A stretch of DNA of 60,837 bases, the filler included, from Dirinaria sp. TL-2023a (lineage: Eukaryota), in assembly GCA_051941275.1 (NCBI GenBank). It is 8 parts of 8 records of this genome, joined end to end, with 100 filler letters (N's around TTAATTAATTAA, not from the genome) between each part and the next. Parts side by side here need not be neighbours in the genome. Positions count along the whole stretch, not along the records: positions 22,917 to 30,434 come from JAVEBF010001301.1; positions 30,535 to 38,044 come from JAVEBF010001302.1; 6 more parts are not named here. The stretch is one strand, 5' to 3'. Below are positions 23,548 through 35,807 of this stretch, piece after piece. Within the stretch, counting starts at the first letter, position 1; each line of letters opens with the position of its first letter. The notes under the pieces were generated by a model. It worked only from the letters and a program-made list of their open reading frames with translations. It did no database searches and had not been told where the DNA came from. The translations under genes were made by a program, and so were the position numbers.

Positions 23548-26179
23548 TCATGCCAAGTACCCCAGATCCTCATCTTCCAAGCGCTCCAAGTACTCCTTCT
23601 CAATCAGCTGGTCGATGGACTTCTTGATGTCCGAAGGTTTGGGGTTGAACCGCGAGGTGAGTTGGGTCAGGGTTTCTTGTACGAGAAGGACGTGCTTCAT
23701 CTTCTTGCGAGACTTCATGATACGCACGATGGCAGACTGCAACTCGTGTTAGCGTAGAATCTATCACGATTTCCACGAAACTCTCAACTATCATAGTCTG
23801 GGAAAAGGGTTTCAGGGGTCATCAAGCATCCGTGCACATACCTGCATCAACAATTTTCTATCGTCCTCAATGGTTTTGTGCGTATCCTCAGCCTCTTGCT
23901 TCTGTTCCGACTTCACGGCAATATTGAGGTTGATCTTCACTTTCTTATGCTTGAATCCCAGATTTAGGTTGTACGATGTTCCAGACTCTGGCTGCGCATT
24001 CTCCGGAATTGGGGTCAATACCTTTGCCTTGACAAATATCGCTATTGAAGGATTGAGGAATTCGTCCGATAGCTTAGTGGCCTCCTTCATCTGATCATAA
24101 GACACGGTGTCGTTCTCATTGAAGAGCATAAGAATCCCCATTTGATAGGTCGACACCATGAATGTGTACGGCGTCTTGCCCATCTTCACGTAGTTTGCTC
24201 GAACCTCGCCTTTGCTAAGCTGCCACAGCCAAGTAAGCTTCCGGCCGCTGTGTTTCGCATCGTAGTAGTCCTTGAAACGCTTGACAGTTTGATTGATAGT
24301 ATCTGGAGGAGCGAAGTGCGTTGTAGGAGCAGCGAGGGGCCAGAAGCTTGTGCCGAGGATGTTGTAGGTGGAATCAACTGCGTTCTTGAGGTCGTCTCCA
24401 AGTAGAGCGGCTTCATGGTCTTTGTACTGGGAATTAAGGTCTTTCGAGGTTTGAATGTCCTGGAACATGCGCTGGAGTTTGTTCGTGTACTCGTACCCAC
24501 AGGCTTCCTTCAACTTGCTAATCATACTCGTCTCGGCATCTTCTGAGGCCGAGCTGGTGTGGACGAGGCGCTTGGCCAGAAGGCGAGAGTAGAATTTTTG
24601 AAAGACATCTTTGTCTTCGATGTATTTGAATACTGTCATGATTTGTGTGAGGGAAGCCTCCAGGTCGGCTTCTTCGGCGCTCTTTGCGCTCTTCTTCAGG
24701 AGGGTATCGGTGTACTTGGCAAGGATTTCGGGCGACTTGGAAGATCCTGTCTTGCAGGCTTTATTACGGTTGACGAATTCTTTGCAGGCATTGTCGAGAG
24801 AACGGACAAACTCCGACTCGCCATTGAAAGCCTCCTCAACAAGCTGCGCGTACTGCGTATGGACCTCGAGAAGCGCGTCGACATAGACCTTGGGTTCTAA
24901 TGAGTCGCCGTCAGTCGCAACCTTCTCCACGTTTGCCAGACCAGACTTCCGAACGTGGGCCTCGAATTTAGTCTTCAGAGGTTCCAAACCGTCGATGATA
25001 CGGGCCAAAAGTCGGTACATCCGAGCAAGGTCATCCTTCCGGTCAGCGTCGAGCAGTGCCTGGAACTCATCCCGCAGTAAGGTCGAGTGCTCCGTAACCA
25101 GTACATGCAAGCAAGTCTTCATCAGAGGGGTCATGATGTCCTGGTGCAAGTATAGCGCGACGCGACCTTTCTCCTCCTCTAGCCTAGTGTCGGCTTTCTT
25201 CATGTACTCCACCACGCTATTCTCGGCTACGAATTGCTTTGACTCCTTGGCGTAGTACTGCTTGGTAGCTTCCAGGAACGGCCGCTCGAAGTGGTAGCGG
25301 TAGACGTCCAAAGTCGACTTTGTGCTGTCGGTCTCATCCAGGCCCAGCGACACGAATGAGTCGACGATGCTCTTGATTTGGGCTTGTTCGATAGTCTCCC
25401 CATTCCGCTGCTTTTCCACCATTTTGAGTACTGCCGCCATGACATTCTCGTTGACCTTGTCAAATAGTTCGACTCGCCATTCAACCAGGTGTAGAGTGTA
25501 CACGTCGTACACGTTCTTCTTCCCTTCGTCTATCTCACGCTTTACCCAATGTCGATTCAGGTATCGAAACAAGTGGTTGGTGTATTTAGCAGCAGTAGTG
25601 TATCGATCCCACTCCTTGATGTAGAACGTGAGTAAGGCCTCATCAACATGGGCTTTCGATTTCTCGTGGATCTCGGCGAGGTGTTGCTTGAGGTAGGATT
25701 TTAGATTCTGGTAGAGGTCCTCTCCTAACAGATGTGCTGTCCCAGAGTTAGCGCAAGTGCTTCACAAACTAAGCGGAAAGCCTACCTCCACGATGAGCGC
25801 TCGCTCCGATGATACCACCACCAGGCGGTGTCTGAACGGCTTTTTGTGACGTGCAGAAATTGTGTACAGCACTGGAACTGGGTTAGCTCGCGCACGCACT
25901 ACAAACTTGCGGACCTACGTGTAGATGGCCATGTACTAAGTATTCCAAATCAGCAGTGGCTTCGTGATCCATACTGGAAGGAATACGAACTGTGACCATA
26001 TCCACACCCTCTCTGAGGCTCCTCATGATGCCCTCGACTCCAGCCTGTAAGAATGACCATCTGTGGTTGCATGATTAGCGAGGCCTCAAAATCAGTTTCT
26101 CTCGCAGCATGCAAAGGCCGAGAACTTACGTTGCTACGAGATCGTCCTTGTTAGGCTGCGGAGGCATCGTGATCGGCAT
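23548..26179 (-). CDS. CUL1: Cullin-1 (SCF scaffold, Cdc53/CulA), 6 exons including a 17-nt micro-exon at 25935-25919
   Basis: [59 protein letters not shown]; neddylation domain [18 protein letters not shown]...LGYLA*. Confidence 0.97.
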
Positions 26180-26908
26180 GTTGACGGTGATTGTATGACT
26201 GCTCGCGACTGAATAGTGTACTGCTAGAATCCGGCACCAGCAAAGGTACTTATTGTGCGGTGTATATTTGATGGATACAATGTGAAAGAGCAGAAAAGTT
26301 TAGAGAGAGGTTAAAGGTTGAGGCTCATGCGCAGCAGTGCTTTATATCAAGGACCTGGAGTGAAGTCCAAGGGGCGAAAAGGTGATCCGTGGAGCGTGTG
26401 AAGCAGGTTCAAGGTTCAACACACGCACAACCTATGATCCAACACCTGTCACTTTGTCTGTGATGAGAGACTGAAGCTCATCAGTCTAAGACCCAGGTAC
26501 GACTCAGTGTTTTGGAGGGATGGTGTCATAAGGCAAGGAAAGTAAGGTAAGCTCGCAAGGTAAGGTCAGGTAAGCCCAGGCACATTATTATTACTAGTGT
26601 AGGCGCGCTACTTTACTTACATGAATCTACCAGGTCTGCCTGATTCAAGACTTAAATCCGGGTGTTTGGAGTTAAAGCCGAATCAGCTTCCTTGTTAGCA
26701 CTCGTGCATCATAGCATCATAGCGAGCATCTCAGTCACTGTTCTACAACCTTGCAATTGAATTGCAGTTGAGCTTTGAGACTACAGAGTCAAAAGATTGC
26801 TCCTTCAAACATTGGGTACATCGAAATGAAGTCTTGCTGTGCGCAAGGAGAAGCCAGTGTCTCCTTCCCAAACAAGCTCACTCTGTACGAGTATTCGTAC
26901 ATGATCTC

Positions 26909-27519
26909 TCACTGCTCATCGGCATCAAGGACGGGCCCTGTGTCGCCGTAGACCGGATCCCGGTCAAACCAGCCTAGGGATTCGATGCTTTTGACCTTTT
27001 CCTCCTCCTCGGCCTTGCCGTAGCACATATCCCAGGTACAGCCTTTGGGATAGCTGCCAACCATACTGAAACCACCCTCGATGTCATCTAGTAAGCGATG
27101 CGATACACCAGCTGGCACTACAATCACATCGCCTTTTTCCAGAATTGGCTCCACCCGTTTCAAATTATCCTCATGCCCAAAGCACAGCTTCGCTTTACCT
27201 GCTGCTACGCAGAGGACCTCGTGAGAGGTTGAGTGGAAGTGCGACGTGCTGCATTGCTTCATTAGGGGGCTTAGTAGGACTTCTCCGGCGGTCGCTCGTA
27301 CCTATACATGGTATATCTCCACTGGGGCTCTACCACCCCGACCGTCGATAGGTGTGATTCAATAGATGAGGCAGACGTATTGGCATGAAAAGCAGAGTGA
27401 TAGATCATGAGTGGTTTTTTCTGGATGGAAGTATTCGGAATGCGGCCAAAAGCGGGGAGCTGATAGGAAGAAACCCGAAGATCCTCCAGTGGCGAAACAG
27501 GTGCTTTCAAGATCGACAT
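26909..27519 (-). CDS. Cupin-domain protein (YjlB-like), 2 exons
   Basis: IPNTSIQKKPLMIYHSAF...QWRYTMY|STSHFHSTSHEVL...KGDVIVVPAGVSHR...MVGSYPKG..WDMC...DPVYG. Both cupin His motifs are present. Confidence 0.88.
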
Positions 27520-27829
27520 AGTCGATGAAGAGCGCGGACTTGTTCGCTTGGTGATGCTATGCTTGATACATGGGTTGGAGGAGATGGAGGTTGGCTGCTC
27601 GGTAGATCGAGCCTGATCAACGCGTGAAGCCGGGATCGACGTCATTGCTCCCACCAGAGTCGCATCTCGAAAGAGCTGCTGCTCCCGGTCTGCCTAATGA
27701 ATAGTCTCCCTTTAGACCAGGGTTTTTAATGATCGAAATCGTGCCTCCGTCATCTACGCCGGAGACTGGCATGCAGGCGTCTGCACAGACGTTTCCAAAA
27801 TTCCCAAAAGGGGACAACTGCAGCGGCTC

Positions 27830-29085
27830 TCATCTCCCAGTGACTTTTTCGACAACCCTATACCAAATTCAGTTACCATAAAAACGATGTATTTGCCTTA
27901 GAATACGTTACCTGAGGACGCTTGTTGAGAAATTCAGTAGCCACGCAAGGAGCGCAATGAGTAGGACTGAAGCTAAGCCCTTCTGCCGCTGGCAAATATA
28001 GATTTGCCCCGGCTTACCGATCACGCAAACACTCCCATGGCCATGTATTCCTTCATACGCAAGGCTGAGATTTGCGGAATTGAATACGATGAAAATTAGA
28101 TCCAAAAAAATCAACCGCATTTTTGCTCTGGCGGATCGCAAGCCCAAGGGTGCTCCGGTGTACTCATCGTAAGTAATGTACACAAGATAAACAAGGGCGA
28201 TTGTGTCAACAACAATGGCCAGGTCTGTGGATGCTGTGTTGCTAAGGGTTGGGTCTGCATTGGTACGGTGATAGATGGAACCAGCAAGCGACAAGGCCAC
28301 GGCAGAGAAGATAAACACGATGGAGCGGAAGACGAGAGGAATGACAGGGTTCCTTAGAATCGTACGCTGAGCTCGGAGATACCATGCCTTCCTTTTCGAC
28401 TGCCAAAATCTGATCCCGTTCATCTCGTCGTCTTCTCTAGAACCGGCAAGCCATGGACGCGAATAGTCCGCTCCATTTTGAATCAGCCACGCCTCGTCTA
28501 CGAGCATCCCTCCATTATCAGATATTGCAGGATAGGCAGAAGCATCCGCGAATGCTCTCCATCGTGAAGCGCTCCCCTGGGTAAGTACACTAGGCGTGGG
28601 TGTGGCCCAGTCCCGTTGCTTGTCGTAAAGTCTTCCACGTTCCGGCTTCTGTTTCTGCTTGGGAGCAGGCAGACTGTTATGCCGAGCGATTTGAGCAGCT
28701 GGCAATCCGTATTCGAAGAGGTAGGAGGTTGGATCATGATTTCCTTGGTCATCTTCCGGGAATTTCACCCACGCTGTAGTACCGCGATCAGTACGATTGC
28801 GGCAACAGCTTTGAGACGGACGAAGTGCGGGACGAAGGCCATTGACTGACCTGGGATCGAGCGGACAATGCGTTGAGCTGCTCTGTCATGAGCCACAGCA
28901 TCATCACCGGAGGTATTGTGTCCGTTGCTGTCAACGGAGGTCAGCTCTCCTACATTAAGCTTTTCGCTCAAGTCTGGCTGCCCGAGATCGTTTTTTTCAG
29001 GATCCTGATCAGAGGATTTGGAGGATGTGAAAGGGTGTAATAGGGACGCTGCGCGCGCTCTGAAGGTAGCCTCCCCAGGTGCCAT
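27830..29085 (-). CDS. SRF1: Regulator of phospholipase D, Srf1-like membrane protein, 3 exons
   Basis: RSIP|AWVK (intron ~28850-28774); DYSRPW; ILRNPVIPLVFR; YITYDEYTGAPLGLRSARAKMRLIFLDLIFIVFNSANLSLA; four TM helices; last exon VVEKVTGR*. Confidence 0.8.
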
Positions 29086-29354
29086 AGGTTGATAGCTAGT
29101 GCTAGGCCAGTAAGAATCGCAAATTTAAAGAGCGGCTGTAGGTTCTTTCAAACCATCGGGCACAGCATAATGGCTGACCACTCGATACATGACGGGTTAT
29201 TCGTAATCATAATTTCAATAGGTTCAAACATATGAGACGAAATTGACATTTCTAGTAGCATGGGGTTGATAGCTTACAGCCGCCAAGAAGACAGAAATCT
29301 GCCCCGGCCTCACCCCGCATCGGGCCTCGGGTGAGCGCCGCTTTAAGGTCGCGC

Positions 29355-29394
29355 GACCCGGGGTGATCCGGGGTGACCCCGGGTGATCCTGGGT
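29355..29394. repeat. Tandem array, 4 x 10-mer GA(C/T)CC(C/G/T)GGGT
   Basis: gacccggggt gatccggggt gaccccgggt gatcctgggt. Confidence 0.9.
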
Positions 29395-29459
29395 GGCTGC
29401 GCCCCCTTCCTGAGGGTGAGATGCTGCCCGATCGCCATTCTATCCGAGATCAGGTCAGC

Positions 29460-30307
29460 AGGTCTTTCGAACGTAGTGAATTCGCAGTGATTAGCGAGAC
29501 CGCTCGACGCAGAGCCTTCGTATGTCTACTAAAAAAACGGCGATAACGAAAAATGATCTAATATCGACCTCAAACGTATTCTTTTCTTTCTGTCTTCGTT
29601 AACAGTTTCTATTTCTTTGTTCTCTTTTCTTCGTTTTTCTTCCCTCTTCGCTCGCACAGCTCACGCAGCTGTCGACTTCTTCAGTATCGTCTTAAGACTA
29701 TGCGTTCGAATCTGCATCTCGTACTAGCAAGCAGCGACGATCGTTTTTAGCTTCAACGCGATCGCTCTCAGTCGAAACGTCCTCATCATGATCACGATAT
29801 TTTCTACTTCTAGCTTCGTATCTTCATCAGCACAATATTATCTGAATTCTTCTTCACGACTCGTTTTCTACGCTATCTCTCAATCGTCGTCTTCTCATTC
29901 ACGCTTCATCGAAGTCTTCACATTTTGCCGCTGCTCTTGAGTGTGTTTCAGCTGACATCTGATTGACGCTTTGACTCGTTTTCTAGCTCATTTGATATAG
30001 TCACTTGCTTGTGACAAGCAGTGAGCAATCGATATGACTGTAAAGATGATTTCAACGATAGAAAGTCATGATTAAAGCTGTGTTTCTCGCGACAAAGATC
30101 AATTAAACAAACGCTATACGTTCGTGAGCAAATTTCAATTTGCTGCGCTGCCGATGCACGTCAACATGATCTGAAACTGAGCTGCTGATCGATCTTTTGA
30201 TATTTCCTGTATGAATGAGCTTAAATTGATTGACTCGCTTCAATAAAACTCAGCTCGCATGACTTTCAAAGTTTTGTCATGAACCTGACCTGAAAGCACC
30301 TATGTGT
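29460..30307. mobile_element. Probable hypermutated repeat/transposon relic (GG/CC-depleted, no ORF)
   Basis: No GG dinucleotide in 29541-30307 and about 10 CC; stops in all frames; flanked by short tandem arrays; next to a contig end. Element family not recognisable. Confidence 0.55.
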
Positions 30308-30335
30308 GGACCCTGGAGGACCCTGAGGACTCTGA
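30308..30335. repeat. Tandem array, 3 x 9-10-mer GGAC(C/T)CTG(G)A
   Basis: ggaccctgga ggaccctga ggactctga. Confidence 0.8.
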
Positions 30336-30434
30336 TATTAAGGGGTTTTGCACTATACCCTCCTAGGCGTGTTACCCGCATACCCGACCCCCTATTTGTT
30401 GCTTGCACCTCCTGTACTTATACTTCTGCTTCTT

Positions 30435-30534
30435 NNNNNNNNNNNNNNNNNNNNNNNNNNNNNNNNNNNNNNNNNNNNTTAATTAATTAANNNNNNNNNN
30501 NNNNNNNNNNNNNNNNNNNNNNNNNNNNNNNNNN
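30435..30534. other. Artificial contig spacer
   Basis: N44-TTAATTAATTAA-N44. Confidence 0.98.
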
Positions 30535-30586
30535 CGTTTAAACCTCTTTACTCGTAAACTTGCAAAGGATCTATTTCCCCCGCTCC

Positions 30587-32566
30587 TCAAGTTTCCCCCC
30601 CCACCATCTCCAACACGCCCTCCAATAGCGTGATATCTCTCCCTATATCCGCATCTCTACTGCTACCACTAGTAGTAGCCTTAAGCTGTGCAATGATTCC
30701 GCGCAAAGACTCCGTGAAATCCCCGATCTCGCGTGTGAATCGCTTCAAGCCCCGGTCTTCGGATGACGTGAGGAGGAAAATCACGAGGTTCAGCACGCTC
30801 ATCCAGAACGGGTGGTTATTGGAGAAGAACACCATTTGCTGCTCTTCTTGATCTTCGTGATTGTTGCTGCTGGGGAGAGGAAAGGAGGCGGGAATGAAGA
30901 GGTGGGGTGCTAGCGTCTGTAAAGCGGCGGAGGTCGAGAAGAGGGATTCGCCATTCGTTGTGTCGCTTTTTTCTGTTTCTGTGGTCGGATTGGGGTTGAT
31001 ATTGGTGTTAGTAGCGGCAAGGAATTCGGTCTTCAACCATCCCACGGCGCTGGCTTTGAGGTTCTCGTACGGACAGTTTTCTAACGTATCTTTGATATAT
31101 GCCAGCCTGACTTGGTCACTGGGATGGCTGTGTAGGATCTCTGCGCAGAGCATGTGCGCGTGATAGCGCAGAGTGGGGAGGGGCGTGTTTGCGGAGAGGA
31201 GGGAGAGGATTTGCAGGGTTGAGGTAAAGACCTCGTCATCTGAGGGGTTGCCGATGGTGGATGTGGAGAGGATGTAGCGGCCGAGGAAAAGCACTGCGTC
31301 GATTAGAGATGGGGGCTCCGTGCCGGCTGAAGCGGGTGAGGGGTGGCCGATGAAAGTGGGTAAGAGGGCGGCAAAATCAGGGAAGATGGAGATTGGAGGG
31401 AGAGTGAGGGGTGCAGAGAAGACTGTTGCTGAGAAGGCGGTTGAGCATAGGAGATAAAGACTCCCTGTGGCGGAAGTGAAAGCGTCTTGCGGTGCGGGTG
31501 AAGGATCATCCTCTGCAGAATTTTCATGATCGTTGGATTCTGAATGATGAATGCGCTGCAAGAGATCTTCCGGCGACATCTTCAGATCCCGTGCCAATGC
31601 TGTCAGCTGGCCGATGAGCGTGTCCCGAACATGCAAGTCCGAGAGCGCAAACATCTCGGTGTACGTTCTCCTTCCAGAAATTGTCCGTTCTGGGTGCAAT
31701 TTCTCATGGAGTCGGCTTGACCATGCTACACCCGAAGTGCCTTCCACTGGTGATAATTTGGTAACGTAGCGTTCCGTAAGATGGATGATGGATGTTTGCA
31801 GTAATTGTCTTTGCAGCGCTGGCTCATCAGAGTCTACAGATCCATCATTCGCTTCTGGATCGGGGGCAGACTGGGGGTCCGTTTCTGCCTGAGTGGGCAA
31901 AATGGTGCTGCTAATACGTGGAGGTAACTTGGGCCTATTGGTCCCGGAGACAGCTTTGATGAAAGCTATGACGGCTTCAGTGGCTTCAGAATGGGTGGAA
32001 ACTGATTGATAGGAGTGAAAGATAGCTTGCAACGAGGTAGAGAGGAAGCGGCTTGGGTATTTCGTTTTGATCCGTGGGTGAAGAATTTGCAGCATTTCAA
32101 TCATGGTCGTAAATTGCAGTATCTCGGTAGAAGATTGTTGAAGACTAGTATTGGTATCCGGGGCTGCTTTTCCACTCCTCTCGAGAGGATGTATATTACT
32201 ATCTTCTGGCTCTAGATTACTTCCATCTTGGCCAGCTCCTTCGAAATCTTCATCATCGTGCTCCTGAGCATCATCTTCGTCCGCCTGTCCGTATTGCTCC
32301 AGCAACTCAGTGATCTTCAGAACCACCTCCCGAGGGTTTCCTAATCGAGCCACATCTTGGAGGCATTGACGCGAGCTCGGCAAAAGTGGTACAAGCAAAT
32401 GCACCAAGTCCCAGCCAATATTCGACGTCAGCGTTGTATCCTGAAGTATGTCGTGAAGTGTGGGTAGTTGTTCCACGGAGAGATTATACTCCAGTATAGT
32501 CAGATAGGTGAGGTAATCAGTCTCCGGAGGGAGGGCTTTCAGAAGAGGATTGTCTTCCTCTGCCAT
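30587..32566 (-). CDS. YBP1/DUF1760 (Yap-binding/ALF4/glomulin family) protein, single exon
   Basis: LPPETDYLTYLTILEYNL, LTSNIGWDLV, VARLGNPREVVLK, RIKTKYPSRFL, IKDTLENCPYENLKASAVGWLK match the recalled fungal family pattern. Confidence 0.8.
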   Translation of the reverse strand: MAEEDNPLLKALPPETDYLTYLTILEYNLSVEQLPTLHDILQDTTLTSNIGWDLVHLLVPLLPSSRQCLQDVARLGNPREVVLKITELLEQYGQADEDDAQEHDDEDFEGAGQDGSNLEPEDSNIHPLERSGKAAPDTNTSLQQSSTEILQFTTMIEMLQILHPRIKTKYPSRFLSTSLQAIFHSYQSVSTHSEATEAVIAFIKAVSGTNRPKLPPRISSTILPTQAETDPQSAPDPEANDGSVDSDEPALQRQLLQTSIIHLTERYVTKLSPVEGTSGVAWSSRLHEKLHPERTISGRRTYTEMFALSDLHVRDTLIGQLTALARDLKMSPEDLLQRIHHSESNDHENSAEDDPSPAPQDAFTSATGSLYLLCSTAFSATVFSAPLTLPPISIFPDFAALLPTFIGHPSPASAGTEPPSLIDAVLFLGRYILSTSTIGNPSDDEVFTSTLQILSLLSANTPLPTLRYHAHMLCAEILHSHPSDQVRLAYIKDTLENCPYENLKASAVGWLKTEFLAATNTNINPNPTTETEKSDTTNGESLFSTSAALQTLAPHLFIPASFPLPSSNNHEDQEEQQMVFFSNNHPFWMSVLNLVIFLLTSSEDRGLKRFTREIGDFTESLRGIIAQLKATTSGSSRDADIGRDITLLEGVLEMVGGET

Positions 32567-33128
32567 GCTGTGGGTGTTCTGATTTCGGTGCTATTCCAGC
32601 GCTTCGTCAGACTAGGCTCTGTCCATGGAGTAGGGTGATGTCACCAGTCAACAGAGGTTGGTTCTACGCACGCTTGGATTATGTATCAAGGTACCTACCT
32701 AAATTGTTAACGCACTAATACACAACATTGGCACTACCTTATGTAAAGTACATAGTACATACCTACCTAGTTTCGCTTGTACTGCGATGCAAAAGATGGC
32801 GTCATAAAATCTACAGTCGTGCCAAGACATTGACGCGGCTAAGGCAAGTGAACCCGATTGGGCAAAGATAGGCGAGGTGCATTCTAGATTGCCGTTATCA
32901 ATTCCTATGCTCGCCACGCTACCCCGTCCAGCCCATCCATCACGCCGTCCCTTTTATAGTCTCGGCCTGATAGCTTGGACTCAAAATCAAAATGGACCTC
33001 TCGCTCTCCTTGCTTGGTGCTTTCCCCTCTTGAGATCTTCCCCTCTAGCCGACTTGTGGAAACCTCAAGGATCCATTCGACCAAGGATTTGTTGTTGTTG
33101 ACGAAGTCTTTGTTAAGCTGCGAACAGG

Positions 33129-35172
33129 ATGGAGGAGCCGACAGTGGGAAGAGTCCAAGATGAGGACCGCTTGGCGCAGTTGGGCTACAAGCAGGAGCTG
33201 CGACGGGATTGGAGCATGTTGCATAATTTTGGCGTATCCTTTTCGATAATCGTAAGTGACTATCTAATTACTCTAATTCTCAATGAATAAGTACCGTGCA
33301 TGGAAGACGGGTCAAAGGGGCGAGAGGGCGAGATGACGGTTCCGTGGCATGGCATGGCGGTCCTTGCCCTATTCAGTGTTTCAATCTAATATGCGTCCCC
33401 TCTGCTGTACACACGCTTTCAAAAGCGAAGCTTATGGCGCCAAGTGTATGACAAAGGTATACTAATATAATAAATCACAGAGCGTAATCACTGGAATAAC
33501 AACGTGAGCCAGTATCTGTTTGCCTGGCGAGCATATCTCATGACTTTTAGACTCTTCTCTTATGGCCTCAATACTGGTGGACCAGGTGTCATGTCTGTTG
33601 GCTGGATTGTCGTCAGCTTCTTCAGTACACTCCATCCTTGAATTAATCCTTGCGACATTTTTCTAACGAGTATAGCCTTGTTTGTCGGGTTGGGAATGGC
33701 GGAGATTGTATCAGCGGTCCCCACCAGTGGAGGTCCATACTTCTGGGCCGCAATCCTTGCGCCGGAAGGGAAGGAAGCCTTCTTCTCCTGGCTTACTGGT
33801 TGGCAAGTACATCATGCTCGAGAAGATCGCCAGGGCTTGCGCTTACAAGCTGAATAGGTTTAATTTGGTAGGCCAATTTGCCGTGACCACCGGCATCACC
33901 TTTGGTCTTGCGAACTTGATATCCACCACAGCCACTGTACAGACCAGCTACGAGCCAACCGCTGGCAAAACTATCGGAATCTACGCAGCGTTACTCATTT
34001 CTCACGGCGTGATAAACACCTTTGGAGTACATATACTCCGTTATCTTAACAATTCCTCCATCATCCTCCATTCCGTAGGTGTCAGCTGCTTTGCTATTGC
34101 AGTTCTCGCTAAAGCGCCAATCCATCAATCCGGCAAGTTTGTCTTTGCAACATTCTACGATGGTACAGGAGACCCTGGATGGGGTGTTCGAGCCTCGCCT
34201 GCATACGTAGCAGCATGTGGTGTTTTGATGAGCCAATACACTGTACGTGACAAATTCGCTTTTCCCCAACGTAGTAACAACTGCCGAGTACCGAGTAGCT
34301 CAATACGTCCGTAGATCACTGGCTTTGATGCGTCAGCCCATCTATCCGAAGAAACGAACAACGCTGCGTGGAATGCGCCGCTGGGTGTGTTGACGTCGGT
34401 CGGTGTATCAGCAATCTTTGGGTTCTTCCTCCTGGTCTCATTGCTTTTCTCAATCCAAGATTTCGACTCCACAGTGAACAGTGATGTCGACCAGCCAGTC
34501 TTGCAGATATTGATTGACATCTTCGGAAATCGTGGAGCGATTGCGCTCATGACACTGATCATGGTCTGTGTGTGGCATTGTGGCCTTTTCTCCATGACTT
34601 CGAATAGTCGGATGATGTTTGGTTTTGCCCGAGACGGGGGGCTACCGAAGTTCTTCGATCAGGTCGACACGCGCTTCCGATCGCCGATTCGGACAGTGTG
34701 GCTAGCAGCTACACTATCTTTCCTATTAGCTATACCATCACTTGGGTCCTCGGTGGCTTTCTCCGCTGCCACCTCGATTGCTACCATCGGCCTCTATATA
34801 TCATACGGTATTCCGATCTTGATCGGCATCATCTGGCCCAGCAATTTCCAAAAGGGACCTTTTAATCTTCGTTTCGCCTCTCGTTGGATAGGGCTTGTGG
34901 CAGTGCTTTGGATAGGATTCATCAGCATCATCTTCTGTTTACCGACAGCAAACCCTGTGGATAGTCAGACTCTGAACTACACTCCGGTGGCCGTCGGTAT
35001 TGTTCTGGTCTGGGCACTCGGAAGCTGGTTCTTGTGGGCACGCCGATGGTTCACCGGTCCGGTTAGACAGATTGAAGCCGAGAGAGCTGGCGTGGATATC
35101 TCGGATCCTGCAGCGCTGGCAGAGGCAGAACGCAAGCTCTACGGTGACGTCGGTGTGTCTGAATCCAAGTAA
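33129..35172 (+). CDS. APC-superfamily amino-acid/GABA/polyamine permease (UGA4/ACT type), 6 exons
   Basis: LAQLGYKQELRRDWSMLHNFGVSFSII|SVITGITT|LFSYGLNTGGPGVM; MAEIVSAVPTSGGPYFWA; TGFDASAHLSEET; SRMMFGFARDGGLP; GPFNL; WFTGP. About 12 TM helices. One GC-AG intron at 33803-33857. Confidence 0.93.
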
Positions 35173-35807
35173 GCGTTTGTCAGTGCATCTTGTATGCATT
35201 CGGAGATGTCAAGGTTTTGTACAGTGGAATTGCACCAGGTCGGGTACGCAATCTCGTAGATAGGGAAAGGTCTGCCATTCTCATACATCTATCCTATTTT
35301 GCCTCGGATCAGTTCGTGATGCCAAACCTTCGAACATTTTCGCTGCCGCTTCTTTACCCGTAATTTTATCCTTGCGAATCATGGGTAAACTCGCAGAGCT
35401 TTCTGACTGGTTACGTACTTTGGCAAGTTCTGTTTAGAGTTATCCCATTGCCAGTCGCCAGTGCACCATCCAATTAAAGGAATGTGTTGTAGCACTCAAG
35501 TCTCCCTTAACATTATATTTGTGACGCAACATTCACATGCACAGGCGAACATCTTACCTCAGTCAATTCCAACCACTTCCACTCATCCTGACTTCAGCTC
35601 CTTTTACCACTCACGTCATTCTGAACTGCACACTCCGTGCTCTCTAGTCTCTTCCTCTTAAGCAAAGCAAGCCTTTGCTTGGGGTGCCTCCAACTCCCCG
35701 CCTCACGTTCGATATTGGATCAACACTCGTGCTTGCTTACTCAGAGCCTACCTACCTCTCTTACTTCAGTATCTTGTGCCGTACCATCGCTTGCCAATCT
35801 AGTCAAC

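Noticed and set aside
16989..29085. Phospholipase D and the PLD regulator SRF1 within ~7 kb, suggesting a functional cluster
   Set aside because: They lie on different contigs separated by an artificial spacer, and contig order follows size.
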